Assembly: GCA_009914755.4 (NCBI GenBank)
Contig: CP068257.2
Coordinates: 16,320,001 to 16,384,000, forward strand
Source of the DNA: the human T2T-CHM13v2.0 reference genome, Homo sapiens
DNA length: 64,000 bases
Direction of reading: 5' to 3'
Every line of letters starts with the position of its first letter. Within the stretch, counting starts at the first letter, position 1. The position numbers and the translations under genes were made by a program. Shown piece by piece: positions 14,856-30,039 of this stretch. Below the pieces are notes generated by a model, which saw only the letters and a program-made list of their open reading frames with translations, did not search any database and was not told where the DNA came from.

Positions 14856-15476
14856 TACTTTAAAATGTTTTATAAAGCCTTGCAATGGCTGATTCCTGCC
14901 TATTTTTCTACATCATACCATGTTATTTTCTTTCCTCACACACGCCACATTCCTGGTACACTAGCCACATTTCAGTTCCTCAAACCCACTCTTTTTCTTG
15001 ACCTTGAGGCTTTTAATTCGATGTTTCTTAACAGTATTCTGCCAGAAGTATTCCTTCTGTACTATTTACTGGAAAACTCCCCTTCCTTCAAGGACTGCTG
15101 TCCTCTTAAATGTGGTTTCCTCAATAAGACCTTCCATGCCCATCCTCATGTCTCCCCACCCCTGCCCACTCTGCAACATCCCAGAATCTATGATACTTAA
15201 ATTGCATTATTGTCAGTCATTAATAAATACAAGGACCACAAGGGCCCTCAAGATGTATGTTCCTTATTAGAACCCAAAACAACAAACCAACAGATATTTT
15301 AACTATGAAAGTCCAGTACAGATTTCAAAATAATTTTGAATAATCAAATTTAATATAAAGAGTTATAGTTTCACAAAGACTATATGCTATATTTTATCAC
15401 CTTAAGTTTCTGTGAGAAATAGGCTTTGTTAATATGACGAAACTCTAAAATTAATGGATTAAAAGACACAATTTCT

Positions 15477-15689
<213 letters not shown>

Positions 15690-16547
15690 CATTGTTTCTT
15701 ATTGTTTTTCAAGTTTCTATTCTTTTAGTTGAATGTACAGACAAGGAGTGGGTAGATAATGGATTCTTTTCATTTGAATCATAATGTGTCATTCTAGGAA
15801 TCTCAGAGCTAAATTTAAGGTCAAACATAATACTTATATTCACCATTCCTTCAAGAAATAGCTGTTGGGCATCTTTCATGTGACAATGAGAAGTTGGCTA
15901 AGTCTCTGAGAATCAATTAATCAATTCATTTAATAGTTCACCAAATTCAAAATCATTATTGGTAATTATTTTCTAACAGCCCTTTAACTATAAAATTGTC
16001 AGCGTACACTTGACACTGTAATCTTCTAAATTAGAATTGGGCAGATTATTGATATTTGTTCAGCTCTTACTACAGTGCCCTTTGTCCTTAATTATTTTTT
16101 GCTTTTTATATTTTGTTTTTTAAATATATTCTTTGTTTCTAATTTACTAAGATAATTTCAAATTTTATTTTTGTTATTCAGGCTGCAAGTAGGTCAGTAT
16201 CAACCTGAAATAACAAGACACCCTCTTCTTTCATGTGAGTCATTGGTAAGCACAGTGGTGGTGTGACATCAGTCCTGATTTCTATGGGATGGTTCTTGGA
16301 AATGCTTTCCAGACAGATTTAAATAATTGTTGTCAGTTTCATCATATAAACCTTTATTGCTTTCTGCAGCCAACTAGCCACACTGTAGTAGAAACAGTGT
16401 TTCTCTGAACCTGGGGTTGCAAGCTCCATAACACTTTAAAGGAGGCCATGGCAGAAGGGATCAAGGTGGATTCAGCATTTCCTACGTGCTTTTATATTTA
16501 TGGAACCATTCATGATTCATAACAATCTTGTCAGAAAGTTAATATTC

Positions 16548-16610
16548 TTCCCATTTATAGATGAGGAAATTAATGCCTGAAGAGATTAAGGAATTTCTCA
16601 TGTTGTTTGC
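16548..16610 (-). mobile_element. MIR-like SINE core fragment
   Basis: CCATTTATAGATGAGGAAATTAATGCCTGAAGAGATTAAGGAATTTC resembles MIR antisense (CCCATTTTACAGATGAGGAAACTGAGGC...). Confidence 0.35.
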
Positions 16611-16710
16611 CCCTTTAGTTCTTTATACTCTGCCATCTTGCCACTGTCAGAAAAAGCAGGACATGTTTTTCAAGATTAGATGTCTGGTACTCTGTTCATT
16701 GCAGAAATAA

Positions 16711-17047
<337 letters not shown>

Positions 17048-17069
17048 CAGATTTCTTAAAAAGATAAAT

Positions 17070-17390
<321 letters not shown>

Positions 17391-17529
17391 CTATTGTTGG
17401 CATAATAAATTAGCCCAAACAGTGGCTTAAATCAAACCCATCTGTTATCCCACAGTTCTGTAGGTCAGAAATCCTAGTTGGTTTGTTTGGGGTCTCTTCA
17501 CTGGGTATTACCAAGCCAAAAAAACACGT

Positions 17530-18156
<627 letters not shown>

Positions 18157-20282
18157 TCAACCTCTGGACTCTTAATGGGGGGCTCTGGGAAGATTCCACT
18201 TCCAGGCCCATTCATATTGTTGACAGAATTAAGTTCTTTGTGGTTGAAATGCTAAGGTTCTTTTTTTTCTTGTTGGCTGTCAGCGAAGGCCTGCCCTTAG
18301 TTGCAATAGGCCCCTCTCTGTCCATGCACATGAGTTCCTGCATCTCAGCAGCAGCAAGGGTGCATTGAATCCTTCTCATGCTTGAACTTTCCTTTGCTTT
18401 CCTCTTCTTTTTCCAGCTGGAGAACATTCTCTGCGTTTAAGGACTCATGAAATTGGATTGGGCCCATCTGGATAATTCAGAATATTCTTTCTTATTTAAG
18501 GTCCATAACCTTGATTACATCTGCAAAGTCCCTTTTGCCACGTAATGTAGCATATTCTTAAATTTCAGAGATTAGCCATGGACATCTTTGGGGGACCATT
18601 TTGCCTACCACAGACAGAAAAGAAGTGGAAGAAGGAAAAACTTTTCTCAATTTAGAAGTCTATTTGAGAGAGTTCTTGATAATTTTTGTTAGATCAAATT
18701 TGCTGTAAGTAAAAGATTCCCTCTTTAATAATTGTTTATCTGTTTTGTTGAAAATTGTGGGTAAATAAATATACAGAATCTTAGTTTAGGGTTTTTAAAA
18801 GCTTCCATTTGTGGTGTAGGCTGATTTTATTTTGAATTTTTGGTTCTAATTTATAACTTTTCAAGTATAATTAAATGTAAGTTTTGAAAAATTTTTTGCT
18901 TGTTCATTTGGAATGCATTTTCTTGATTACTGCTAATTTTTGGTTTATTGTAGCTTTATTTGGATTACTGTAGTGATTAACATTATGGCTGAGTAAAGAG
19001 CGTTGGAAATTCTAAGTATGATTTCTGAAGATCTCAAAATTGAAGGAGCAGACAGCAGTAATGAGTTACAAATGGAAACTTGTATTTTGTTTGGAAAATC
19101 GTTTCTTTCCTTGAGGAATTATGTTTTGTATTGGTTTCAGAGTGTTTGGTCTTTGGAGAGGTACTTGGGGTTTTAGGAAACACAGCAGTTGTATCTTCAA
19201 ATTAAATGTCACTTAGGCCTTTATGCCATGTTTCCTAAGGTCTTTACATCTGGAATAACTTTATCTCTATTCCAAAGAATCCAAGTAGTTCAAGGTTAAA
19301 CAGTGTGTCATCGTGATGTCAGGGGTGCCTCAGTTTCATTTCTTCAAAAATGTTCTATTCCATGAGGTTTCTTTTCCTACTTCAATAGAAAAATGTTGAC
19401 ATAAATTAAAAGTGAGCACTGAGTTGTTGTTTTGGGAATTGTCCCCTTCTTTTCTTCCTGTATTGACATTAAATTCATCCTTTTTTTTTTTTTTTTGGTC
19501 TGGAGACAAAAATCTGTTATATCAGTTTTCCATCTACATTTTGCCTGAGAAAAAATGTGGAAGACAGCTGTTTTAATGTTGAAATGGATCCAGTTTCTCC
19601 CTAAGCATGTCCTCAGAGCTTTTGGGCATTTATTTTTAACTCTGATAGAATTAATTTGGAATAAGACATAAATGACCATTATTTACCCTATCTAATTTCC
19701 TGAAACAAACAATGTGTGGTTACTTATGCCTTTGATTTAGCAGTAGAAATGTACGCTCTCCAGTAAATGAGAATAATAGGATCACTGGGTAAAATATTGC
19801 ATTTCCTGAATTCCTGCTGTGGTCATTTGACTGGACTAATATTTTCATCAACTGATAAAGAATTTAAAATAAGTTATTCATCCATTTGAATCAGCAACCT
19901 GTGTAATTTTTCAGGCCTGTACTTGAAAACGTTGTAGTTTAAGTGCCAGGTTGTAGTTGGAGGAGAGAGAGTGAGATGTGAAGAGGAAAATGATGTTGCA
20001 TTGAATTCCACTGAGGGACTGCCACCCTGGGAGACCAGCTTCTGTTCTTGGGTTTCACGGGTACCTGGACATTCTTTGTATGACTGGTCTGAGAAAGAAC
20101 TTACAGTTAAATACTTCTGAGGAGTCTGCCTCCCTCACACCTCATCCACTCTATGAGTCTCTGAAATGCACCGTGTGTGCATGTGATCATGTGTGCACAT
20201 GCCTGTGTTGGGATGAGGATAGGAGAAAATTGTTCTTTCTCTGTTCCACTCTTCACTTTGAAAAAGATGAGAGAAGAGTCTG

Positions 20283-20478
20283 GGCTCCAGTGTAGGCCAG
20301 AACTGGGTTTGAATCACAGCTCCATCCCTTGTTAATACCTGTGTGACCTTCAGTGAATCTCAGTTTCCATGAAATGCAGACAATAATGCCAAGGATTGGA
20401 GATAATTTATGTAAAGCTTACCCTGCACATTTTGGTCCCATTGTAACCAGTTAATAAATAGTGGTTACTGTCACTATA
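20283..20478 (+). mobile_element. MIR SINE
   Basis: CCAGAACTGGGTTTGAATCACAGCTCCATCCCTTGTTAATACCTGTGTGACCTTCAGTGAATCTCAGTTTCCATGAAATGCAGACAATAATGCC...TAAAGCTTACCCTGCACATTTTGGTCCCATTGTAACCAGTTAATAAATAGTGGTTACTGTCAC matches the MIR consensus (GGGTTCGAATCCCGGCTCTGCCACTTACTAGCTGTGTGACCTTGGGCAAGT...CCTCAGTTTCCTCATCTGTAAAATGGG...). Confidence 0.6.
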
Positions 20479-22084
20479 CAAACCCTGATGTCACTATATT
20501 TAGCTAGTGTTATTCCATCTATGGAAAACATATGAATAGAAACAAAGTAGTTATTTTTTGTTATTGTTTAAAAAAACCTGTTTAGAGCCCCAGCTTCATG
20601 AGCACAGTAGGCTCTGACGTGTAGGTGCTGCTAGAAGGAACTTTCAGAGCTCAGCTCTATCTTTGTAGTTTATTAATCTGCTACCATGGAAACAGGTATT
20701 TAATCCTTATGAAACAGGAAAACAGCTTTAAACAAAGAACTGTTTCAAACAATGTGTTGTTCATGGGCAGCGTTTGTTTCTTTTTTTAAAAAAATATAAT
20801 TTCTAAGTGACTAACCTCATTTTTGGCAATCTGATTTGAGTTTCCATGGAAACAGAAGTGACAGCTGAGGCCTCCAAACTCTTGTAACTGATGGGGCTCA
20901 GGTTAAGTCTTGCAAATGTCAGTTGTCCCAAGGTACCTAAAAGAGCCAACAGAAATAAGAGTCGGACAATGTCCAGGGAAAAAGAAGGAATAATACGTCA
21001 AACATTTACAAAATTCACAATGCTGTGGGTTTGTGAAAAAGCATGTGTAATGGATAGACAGAGAGAAACTCATGGATGTAATTCACAGTTAGGGGTTATG
21101 TGGCCTGGCCTCATATTAAACACCTTTTTCTGAGTGGCTAACTTACCTAGTTCCTATATATTTTTGTTACACTTAGTACAAGAATATAGGGAAAGGGTGA
21201 AAGCTTAGAGGATTAATAAAATATCACATAATGGGCCTATTAAATATTAGCATGAGAACTAAATGTAAAAGAAGACAAATGAAAATGTATGAAAGCCAAA
21301 CTTTCAAAGATAGATGTGTTCAATTGGCATAGGCCCAAATATTTATTTGTAGGCCCCCACTATTGGTCTTTGTAGAGATTTTTCTAATTCCTAATATTTA
21401 ACAATGATATTACTACATCCTAGGATTGTTGGTGTAAAAGTAGTTTTCACTGTTTTTAGAAAGACTTTCCAGTAATTCTACATCACATCAGAGGGAGAAA
21501 AATCAGAATATCACCTGAGTTTCTAACACGGATTTTAAAACAACAGGCCTCTCTTATCCCCAACTTAAGTATATTGTGAGTATGCACATGTTTCTTTGTC
21601 AGCTACATCCTTCTGAGAAGAGCTGTACCTTTCAATTGTTTTGTGATTGGTGAAATCATCCAGTCTAGGCCACTCTGACCAGCAGATCTTTGACTAAGTT
21701 TTACTTGGGTCCTGCAGGTGTTTACAAATTTTCTTTATAAATATCTAAAGGGGTTTTCATAAATGAAGATTTTATAAATAAAACAAAAAGGTTTAGTTGA
21801 GGACTGAGTTTGCTTTGGGCACGAACAATATACAGTTTCTCAACATAAGCATAATATTGAGAAGTGATACCCAGTTAAAAAAGTAACCTCATTTTTATCC
21901 CATGAAAAATTATTTTATTATAGGAACATTTCATTAATTATTTTCCTGATTATGAAAATATTGTGTACTCTTTTAAAAAAAATTTTATAAGCTAAGCAAA
22001 TGAAAAATAAGTCACCCACAATTTCTCTATCTAGTTAGTATTTACAGATAAAGCATGCACTATAAAAATCCCCTTATATATATT

Positions 22085-22422
<338 letters not shown>

Positions 22423-23089
22423 TAGTGTTACATAATTTTTGACTTAAATGTAATCATAATATCCTTTAACATACGCATTCCTAGGTGTAGACTTATGTAA
22501 ATTTGTAACATTCATCACAATATGCATACTCTTTCTAATCTGCTTTATTTCTAACCTCAAATATGTCATAAATATCATTCCATGCCTATAGCCATAAAAT
22601 CAATATTAAATTTAGTAATGGCTTTGCAATAATCCACTGTGTGGACATAGTATATGGCACTTAACAACGTCCCTATTTTTAGAGCATTTACATCATTTAA
22701 AAAATATTATTTGTAGATGTTTTGAAAAATATCCTCATACATACATCTTGTGACCTTGGTGATTTCTTCGGGATACAGTTCTAAAAATGGTATTTTTCTA
22801 ATTAGGGGCTATGTATTTAAGTGTTAAGTAAAAATTGTATACTTTCCTCAAGAATTCTTGTAGCAGTTTTCATCACTTCCTCAGTACTTGAGACAGCTAA
22901 ATTCCCCATATATTCACCCAAACTAAGTCTTGTCATTAGTTTTTCATCTTTGTTAATCAGGTAGTCAAAACATAGTATCTTAATTATTGCTTAATTTGTA
23001 TTTCCTTTACTACAGATTGAATTTATTTCATATATTAAATGCAAATTTTTGTTTCATAATTTATGAAATACTAGCTTATTTTGTTTGCC

Positions 23090-23880
23090 TGTTTCTTTGG
23101 AATTCTTTGTTTTGTATATATTTGTGACATCTCTATTGAGGTATAATTGATATAATAACCGCACATATTTAATGGGTACAATTAGATGAGTTTGGACATA
23201 GGCATATGCCCATAATATCATCACCAAAATTAATAAAATAGACATGTGCAACACCTCCCAGTTTCCTTTATGTTCCTTTCCTGTGTGCAAGTGTGTGTGT
23301 GGGGGGGTGGGGTCAAGAACACTTAACAGGAGTTTTACCGTCTTAACAAATTTTAAGTTGCACAAGTCTGGATTGTTAACTGTGGGTACTATGTTGTAGA
23401 GCAGATCTTTAGAATTTATTTATCTAGCATAAACTTAAGACTTTAATCCCACTGAACAATAATCCCCCATTTCTCCCTCTCCACAGCTCTTCTATGATTT
23501 TGACTATTTTAGATACCCGATGTAAGTGGAATCATGCAGTGGTTATCCTTCCGTGACTGGCTTATTTCATTTAGCATAGTGGTCTTCGGCGTCATCTATG
23601 TTGTCAGTTTTAAGGCTGAATAAAATTCCATTATATGGGTAGACCAAATTTCCTTTATCTATTTATCTGTCAATGGACACTATATCTTGGCTATTATAAA
23701 TAATTGTACCGTGAACATGGGAGTGCAGAAATCTCTTTATGATTCTGATTTTAAATCCTTTGGATCCACACCCAGAATTGGGATTGCGGGATCATATGGC
23801 AGTTCTACTTCTAATTTTTTTGAGAACCTCCATTCCATTTTTTATAGCTGTTGCCTCATTCTCTTTATATAGGATAGATA
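23090..23880 (-). mobile_element. ancient L1 (L1M-type) 3' end, antisense
   Basis: TTGAGGTATAATTGATATAATAACCGCACATATTTAATGGGTACAATTAGATGAGTTTGGACATAGGCATATGCCCATAATATCATCACC is the revcomp of the L1M 3'UTR (...TACCTCAATAAAG). Then ...GTAAGTGGAATCATGCAGTGGTTATCCTTCCGTGACTGGCTTATTTCATTTAGCATAGTG...GGCTGAATAAAATTCCATTATATGG. Confidence 0.7.
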
Positions 23881-23899
23881 TTAACCCTTTATGAAAATA

Positions 23900-24003
23900 T
23901 AATTAAAATACTTTCTAGTTTGGTGTTTGTCTTTTGTACATGACTTTTTTTAATTAAAATACTTTCTAGTTTGGTGTTTGTCTTTTGTACATGACTTTTT
24001 TTA
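23900..24003. repeat. tandem duplication, 2 x ~52 bp
   Basis: AATTAAAATACTTTCTAGTTTGGTGTTTGTCTTTTGTACATGACTTTTTTT occurs twice in tandem. Confidence 0.8.
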
Positions 24004-25159
24004 ATTTAAGACATTTATTTTTTAATATAGTCATACCAGTCTTTTTCTTTATGGATTTTGCCTTTCGTATCATGTGTGGAAAGGCTTTCCCCAGCATAAA
24101 TTTGTATCAGTAGACTCAGATTTTCTTCTGGTCTTTTCATTTATACTTTAATTGATTTGTAATTTGTTTTGGCCTAAGATTGGAGGTTTGAATATAACTT
24201 TATTTTCAGGAAATTGAATTTATTTACTTTCACATTATTTTCTTCACTAATTTGAAGTACTTATATTGTCACTTATTGGATTTTTAAATTCTTATATATG
24301 GAATCTGTCCCTTCTATTGATAAATTGTGTAGTTTTGCAGGAATATCGCAATATTATAACTTCACAATACATCTTAATATCTCAATAAGGAAAGTTTCTG
24401 TTTATTAGTCTTCATTGTCACAAATTTCCAGGTGAAATTGAGTCATTTAATGTAGTTCCAAAGAAAAATTCTTATTCAGATTTTGATTGGGATTGCATTA
24501 AGTTTATAGATTATTTTGGAGAAAACGGATGTATCTATAATATAGATACTTCCTGTCCAGAAACATGGATATTACTATATTTTTTCAACTCTTCTTTTAT
24601 GTCCTTTAGTAAAACCTGTAGTTCTCGTCCCATAAACTTAGCTTTTTACTTTATTGCACTTTTATCAGACTTTCTTCATTGTATCAAGAGTATTAATTTA
24701 TGGACAATTCCTGTAGCCAACATTGAGTTATCTGCTTCTCAACTCCACCTCTCGCATGTATCACTCTGGAATTTAGTATTTATTTACCTGTTTCAATTTC
24801 TGCAATTAGTAGTGAATCTGGTAATGTCTGCATTAATTGGAAGTTGTCATAGAGTCACAGGGTCATGGGATAATGACATTTATACAGCAAGAGAGGAAAA
24901 ATTCTAGTTGGTTTTCCTTCTTTGTATGTCTACTTTTCAATTAGTTCCTGAGATAACTTGTTCTGGTTTGTGTATTTGCAATTTTATGGTGACTACAGAG
25001 TGTGAATTGAGGAACAAAAAGGAAGTCTCTTATGACCTAAAATATACTTTCCACTTGTCTCCCAGGAGAAGCTACATTCCACCATTACGGGTCAATTTTT
25101 TTGGGTTAAGGTGCTCTCTTCAACAAAATGAAAATAGCTCTTGGGGAAATAACCACTTA

Positions 25160-25500
25160 AACTAGCCACTTAGCTCTGGCTGCTATAACAAATGACCTTA
25201 TTCTGGGTAGCTTAAATAGCAAATATTTATTTCTCATGGTTCTGGAGGCTGGGAGGTCCAAGATCAAGGTACCAGCAGATTCACTGTCTGATGAGGGCCT
25301 ACTTTCTGGTTTGAAGATGGTGCTTTCTTGCTGTGTTTTCACATGACACAGCACAAGCCCTCCCACTCATGAGGGTTCTACCTTCATGACCTAATTATCT
25401 TCCAAAAGCCTCACCTTCTAATACCATCACATTGGAGGTTAGGATTTCAACATAGGAATTTTGGAAGGGCACAAGTATTTAGATCATAATGAGTATTGTA
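25160..25500 (+). mobile_element. MaLR LTR, MLT1-type (older MaLR)
   Basis: GGCTGCTATAACAAATGACCTTATTCTGGGTAGCTTAAATAGCAAATATTTATTTCTCATGGTTCTGGAGGCTGGGAGGTCCAAGATCAAGGTACCAGCAGATT...TTTCACATGACACAGC...CATGAGGGTTCTACCTTCATGACCTAATTATCTTCCAAAAGCCTCACCTTCTAATACCATCACATTGGAGGTTAGGATTTCAACATAGGAATTTTGGAAGGGCACAAGTATTTAGATCATAA. This matches the MLT1 consensus as I recall it. Confidence 0.55.
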
Positions 25501-25518
25501 CCCCAGTAGTACTTAATT

Positions 25519-26191
25519 TTTTTATTTTATTTTTTTCTCTGTTTTTATTTTATTTATTCATTTTTATTATACTTTAAGTTCTGGGTTACATGTGCAGAAA
25601 CTGCAGTTTTGTTACATAGGTATACACATGCCATGGTGGTTTGCTGCACCCATCAACCCGTCACCTAAATTAGGTATTTCTCTTAATGCTATCCCTCCCC
25701 TAGCCCCCCACCCCTGACAGGCCCTGGTGTGTGATGTTCCCCTCCCTGTGTCCATGTGTTCTCATTGTTCAACTCCCACTTATGAGTGAGAACATGAGGT
25801 GTTTGGTTTTCGGATCTTGTGATGGTTTGCTGAGAATGATGGTTTGCAGCTTCATCCATGTCCCTGCAGAGGACATGAACTCATCCTTTTTTATGGGTGC
25901 ATAGTATTCCACAGCATATACATGCCACCCTTTCTTAATCCAGTCTGTCATGGACGGACATTTGGGTTGGTTCCAAGTCTTTGCTATTGTGAATAGTGCC
26001 ACAGTAAACATACGTGTGCATGTGTCTTTATCACAGAATGATTTATAATCGTTTGTGTATATACCCAGTAATGGGATTGCTGATCAAATGGTATTTCTAG
26101 TTCTAGGTCCTTGAGGAATCGCCACACTGTCTTCCACAATGGTTGAACTAATTTACACTTCCACCAACAGTGTAAAAGCGTTCCTATTTTT
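25519..26191 (-). mobile_element. L1 (L1PA-type) 3' end, 5'-truncated, antisense, with TSDs
   Basis: T-rich tail then TATACTTTAAGTTCTGGGTTACATGTGCAGAAACTGCAG...CCCACTTATGAGTGAGAACATGAGGTG...CACCAACAGTGTAAAAGCG. About 17-bp TSD CCCAG[T/C]AGTACTT(T)AATT at 25502-25518 and 26192-26209. Confidence 0.88.
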
Positions 26192-27757
26192 CCCAGCAGT
26201 ACTTTAATTAATCAGATTATTTCCATCTAGATTGCTATGTAAGGGCAAGACCTTAGCATTATGATATAGATACATACGTTTTAATAGTGGGATGGTGCCA
26301 AAAATAGGTGCCTGGAAGAGTAGACCATGGTAGATGGCCATGGGTGGCGAGAGGACATCACAAAATGACAAAATTGGAGGAAAACATGTGTACTTTGAGA
26401 ATAGAGAAGAAATTAACAAAAAGTTAGGAGAGCTCAGAAAAGAAAAGTTAATTTTTTCTGTGGTTTGTCCTGCCTGGTTCTATAGAAAAATTGCACAAGG
26501 AATAGAGAAATAGATGGGGAGGAGGTTATAGCTGCTTTCACAGTAAGATCTATTAATTTTTCTTCCCACTAGCCCAATCTCAGCCAACAGGAGGCAGGGT
26601 TATTATTCCTAAAAACTAAGCCAGGGACAGGGTTTCTACCACAGATAGAATTCTACTGACATCAGTATAATCATTTTTAGTGACATATAGAAACAAATAT
26701 CCAGGCCAGAATTACTTCTTCAAAATATCTTTTTCTCAGCTGTAATCATCAGAATATTGAATACTTATTCAATACTGCATTTTCTAAAAAATATAGCCAC
26801 TTATTCTACCTAGTAGTGTGTTTGGCATCATTAGTGATGTGGTAAATAAAAAGAATCACTTTCAAACTGCTACCTTTTATGTGCAGCACTCACAGCTGCC
26901 ACTTGAAGCTCAGTTTGAAGCAATCAATTGGATAAGTCAATCAATTTTCATTTTGTCCTCATCTCCTAGGTAACCAGAGCATTTATACAGACCCTTGCCA
27001 AGGAAGAACATTTAAAAAGTAATATATATTCATGACCTGTTTTCTTTGAACACTGACTTAATAGAAAAGCAAAGAGCTACCCATGCAATATTTTAAATAA
27101 CAGTAACACAAATTTTATTTGATTCTGGTGAGAAAGTATGAGGGGAAACATACTATAGAATATAACATCATTATATTTCAGTCTCTTATGATCTATCAGG
27201 AATGAAAACTGCACCACCTGCTATGTCTATTATGTATTTAATGTGAATAACAAGCATCCCACTGCTGGTTATTAAAACAAATCATAAGCCATCTGACATT
27301 ATACTCATAACCCATTCCCTGCTTCATGGCTCTGAGAAAGGCACAAATTGAGGGTGGATGCATTGGAGCAGATTTTTTGATGTGAGTACAAGGCATTTGG
27401 CCTCAAAGTAAGTCATTTATCTACTTCAAAAAAATCCCATAAAAAAGTCATTATGAAAATATAATCATAAAACAGTATTATTGGCACAACATAGAGGATG
27501 AAAAATTCCAGCAGTTGCAAAACGCGTTAAGTTTTGCCTTACCTGAATCTTCTTGGCATGTGAAGCCATGAGAAAAATGAAACATTTGGTGTTTGTAGAA
27601 ATGACTCACATTGAGGAAGTCATAGATCTTGCTTGCCTTGTTGATACAATGTGGCATTCAAATCCCACTGATTGCACAGGCTTCAAGTTTAGCTGGGCCA
27701 ACCTCATCTACCTGGACACAGCTAACTGGTTTATTGGTTATTGTTTCCTGTGGGAAG

Positions 27758-28385
27758 TTTTTTTTTTTTTTCCCTTTTTTCTTTTTTTTTTATTATTATT
27801 ATACTTTAAGTTTTAGGGTACATGTGCACAATGTGCAGGTTAGTTACATATGTATACATGTGCCATGCTGGTGTGCTGCACCCATTAACTCGTCATTTAG
27901 CATTAGGTATATCTCCTAAAGCTATCCCTCCCCCCTCCCCCCACCCCACAACAGTCCCCAGAGTGTGATGTTCCCCTTCCTGTGTCCATGTGTTCTCATT
28001 GTTCAATTCCCACCTGTGAGTGAGAATATGCAGTGTTTGGTTTTTTGTTCTTGCGATAGTTTACTGAGAATGATGATTTCCAATTTCATCCATGTCCCTA
28101 CAAAGGACATGAACTCAACATTTTTTGTGGCTGCATAGTATTCCATGGTGTATATGTGCCACATTTTCTTAATCCAGTCTATCATTGTTGGACATTTGGG
28201 TTGGTTCAAAGTCTTTGCTATTGTGAATAATGCCGCAATAAACATACATGTGCATGTGTCTTTATAGCAGCATGATTTATAATCCTTTGGGTATATACCC
28301 AGTAATGGGATGGCTGGGTCAAATGGTATTTCTAGTTCTAGATCCCTGAGGAATCGCCACACTGACTTCCACAATGGTTGAACTA
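27758..28385 (-). mobile_element. young-looking L1PA 3' end (about 620 bp), antisense
   Basis: Poly-T then TATACTTTAAGTTTTAGGGTACATGTGCACAATGTGCAGGTTAGTTACATATGTATACATGTGCCATGCTGGTGTGCTGCACCCATTAACTCGTCATTTAGCATTAGGTATATCTCCTAA. Track ORF 28003-28407 (-) is a 134-aa stop-free ORF2 C-terminus (…VQPLWKSVWRFLRDLELEIPFDPAIPLLGIYPKDYKSCCYKDTCT…WIKKMWHIYTMEYYAA…). Confidence 0.9.
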
Positions 28386-30039
28386 CCCTGTAAAGGTTCA
28401 ATGCCAAATGTGTCTACACATTGGAGAAAAGTAATGTTTGCCAAATGCTTACTAGAATTGAGATAAGGAATAATTTGGAAATAAAATAGTGTAAATGGGA
28501 TTCTTAGTCCATGATGTACTATGTTATAAATATTCTTTTGCTGGAAACTATATCCTGGTTCTGGATCCCTGAACAAGATATAGGCAAAGACTGGATGCAG
28601 AATACTGTTTGGGGGAAGATCACTTACCTGCAAATCATCCTGGCTCTCTTTGAGTCCTTCAGTGGGAACTTGAAGAGATCACTGATTTCAGTTTGGGTCT
28701 CATTTGTAAAATAAAAAGTGTTGATAAAGAGGACATTAAGTTTCTTTTAAATCCAAAATTTCATAGTTTTATCTAATAGGATATGAGCATCTTAGGAGAT
28801 TCTTCCTATCCTCACATATATCCACATAGACTATATTCATTTAAAATGCCCCCAAACTCCAGGGAGCACAAAATTAGATATTACTGAAGAAGATTTATAT
28901 TAGAGTTCTAAAATGTGATTTGACTGGCTGTCTGTAGCCTTTTCTTAATATCAGAATAACCAAAATGTAACAAAACAAAAATGAAGTAACACCATGTGTT
29001 TGTATTTAAATCTGCTCAAGACAATTTTATTTTATACCAACCTGCAATTAGAATCCAACCCCAGAGATTCTGGGACCTTTTCAGCTAATGATGAGCCGAC
29101 CATGTTTCAATTAATGCAAGGCTTGTGAGGTTATTTACAATCCACGTAAACACATTCCGGTTTTCAAAAATAAATTGGTACTACGGACTAAACAGTATTT
29201 GTCAAACTCGTTGATTGAATGTCCCATTTCCGAGGAGTTAAACAAGAACTTGGATGTAAACAGTTAAACATTTTTGGAAACTTCTTGATTCTTATTGGTA
29301 AACATAACAAGAGACAGAGCTTCTTTGCTTAACATAACAAGAGACAGAGTGCAGATTTAAATTTCACAAGACCTTTGTCTCTTACAGAGCTGTTTGAGGC
29401 TCTCCTGTGGTCCCTGCTGAGAAGAATAATAATCAGTATATAGGACTTTGAAAAGTCCTTTGTCACAAGGATTCAGGTCTCCTAAAACTGCTCATGAGAT
29501 GTCATTGTTACCTATAGTTGATTTTAATTTTAAATATAGCCAAACCAAAGTGTGTGTATAATATATTAAAATATAAAAACATTATAATATAAAATAATGT
29601 TCTATCTGTATATATATCTCCTCTCTTTGCTTTTCTCTCCTCTGAGTCTCTGTTTCTGTCTTTGACTCTCTGACTCTGTCTTCACACTGTACACACACTT
29701 CCCAACATTAGCTACAATGTTTGGGAAAAGGCACAGTGAGAACCACAGTAAGTTTCATTTCTTAAAAGCTGAAGATATTTTCCTGTCAATTCTGCCATAT
29801 AAATCTTTTTTATATCGTTCTTTCCTGTATAGAAAATGAGAGAGTTGCCTTTAGCCAAAATACTGGGATGTTAGAATATTTGGTTACATTGTTATACTAT
29901 ATATACTAACATTTCCACTACGGTTTCAAGTAGTTTAGGCAATTTTCAGTGCTGAATTTAAGCATGTTAGAAATATCAATTAAATACAAAGTTGAGCATT
30001 AAAACTAACAATGTTAAATGTTCGTGTTCTTGAAGGAAT

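Noticed and set aside
14418-14860. TSD for the Alu-fragment/L1 composite (TTTAAAAAGA-like on both sides)
   Set aside because: The left copy is separated from the Alu start by 9 unrelated bases and the match is within A-rich sequence. This is not convincing, so the template-switch interpretation stays tentative.
20080-20320. Overlapping 60-71-aa ORFs on both strands with TGTG/CATG-rich sequence
   Set aside because: This is low-complexity (TG/CA-rich) sequence next to a MIR element. It has no splice signals or recognisable peptide.
28003-28407. 134-aa ORF with intact-looking protein sequence
   Set aside because: It is the C-terminal 134 residues of L1 ORF2 from a 5'-truncated L1PA 3' end. It has no promoter or start codon of its own.
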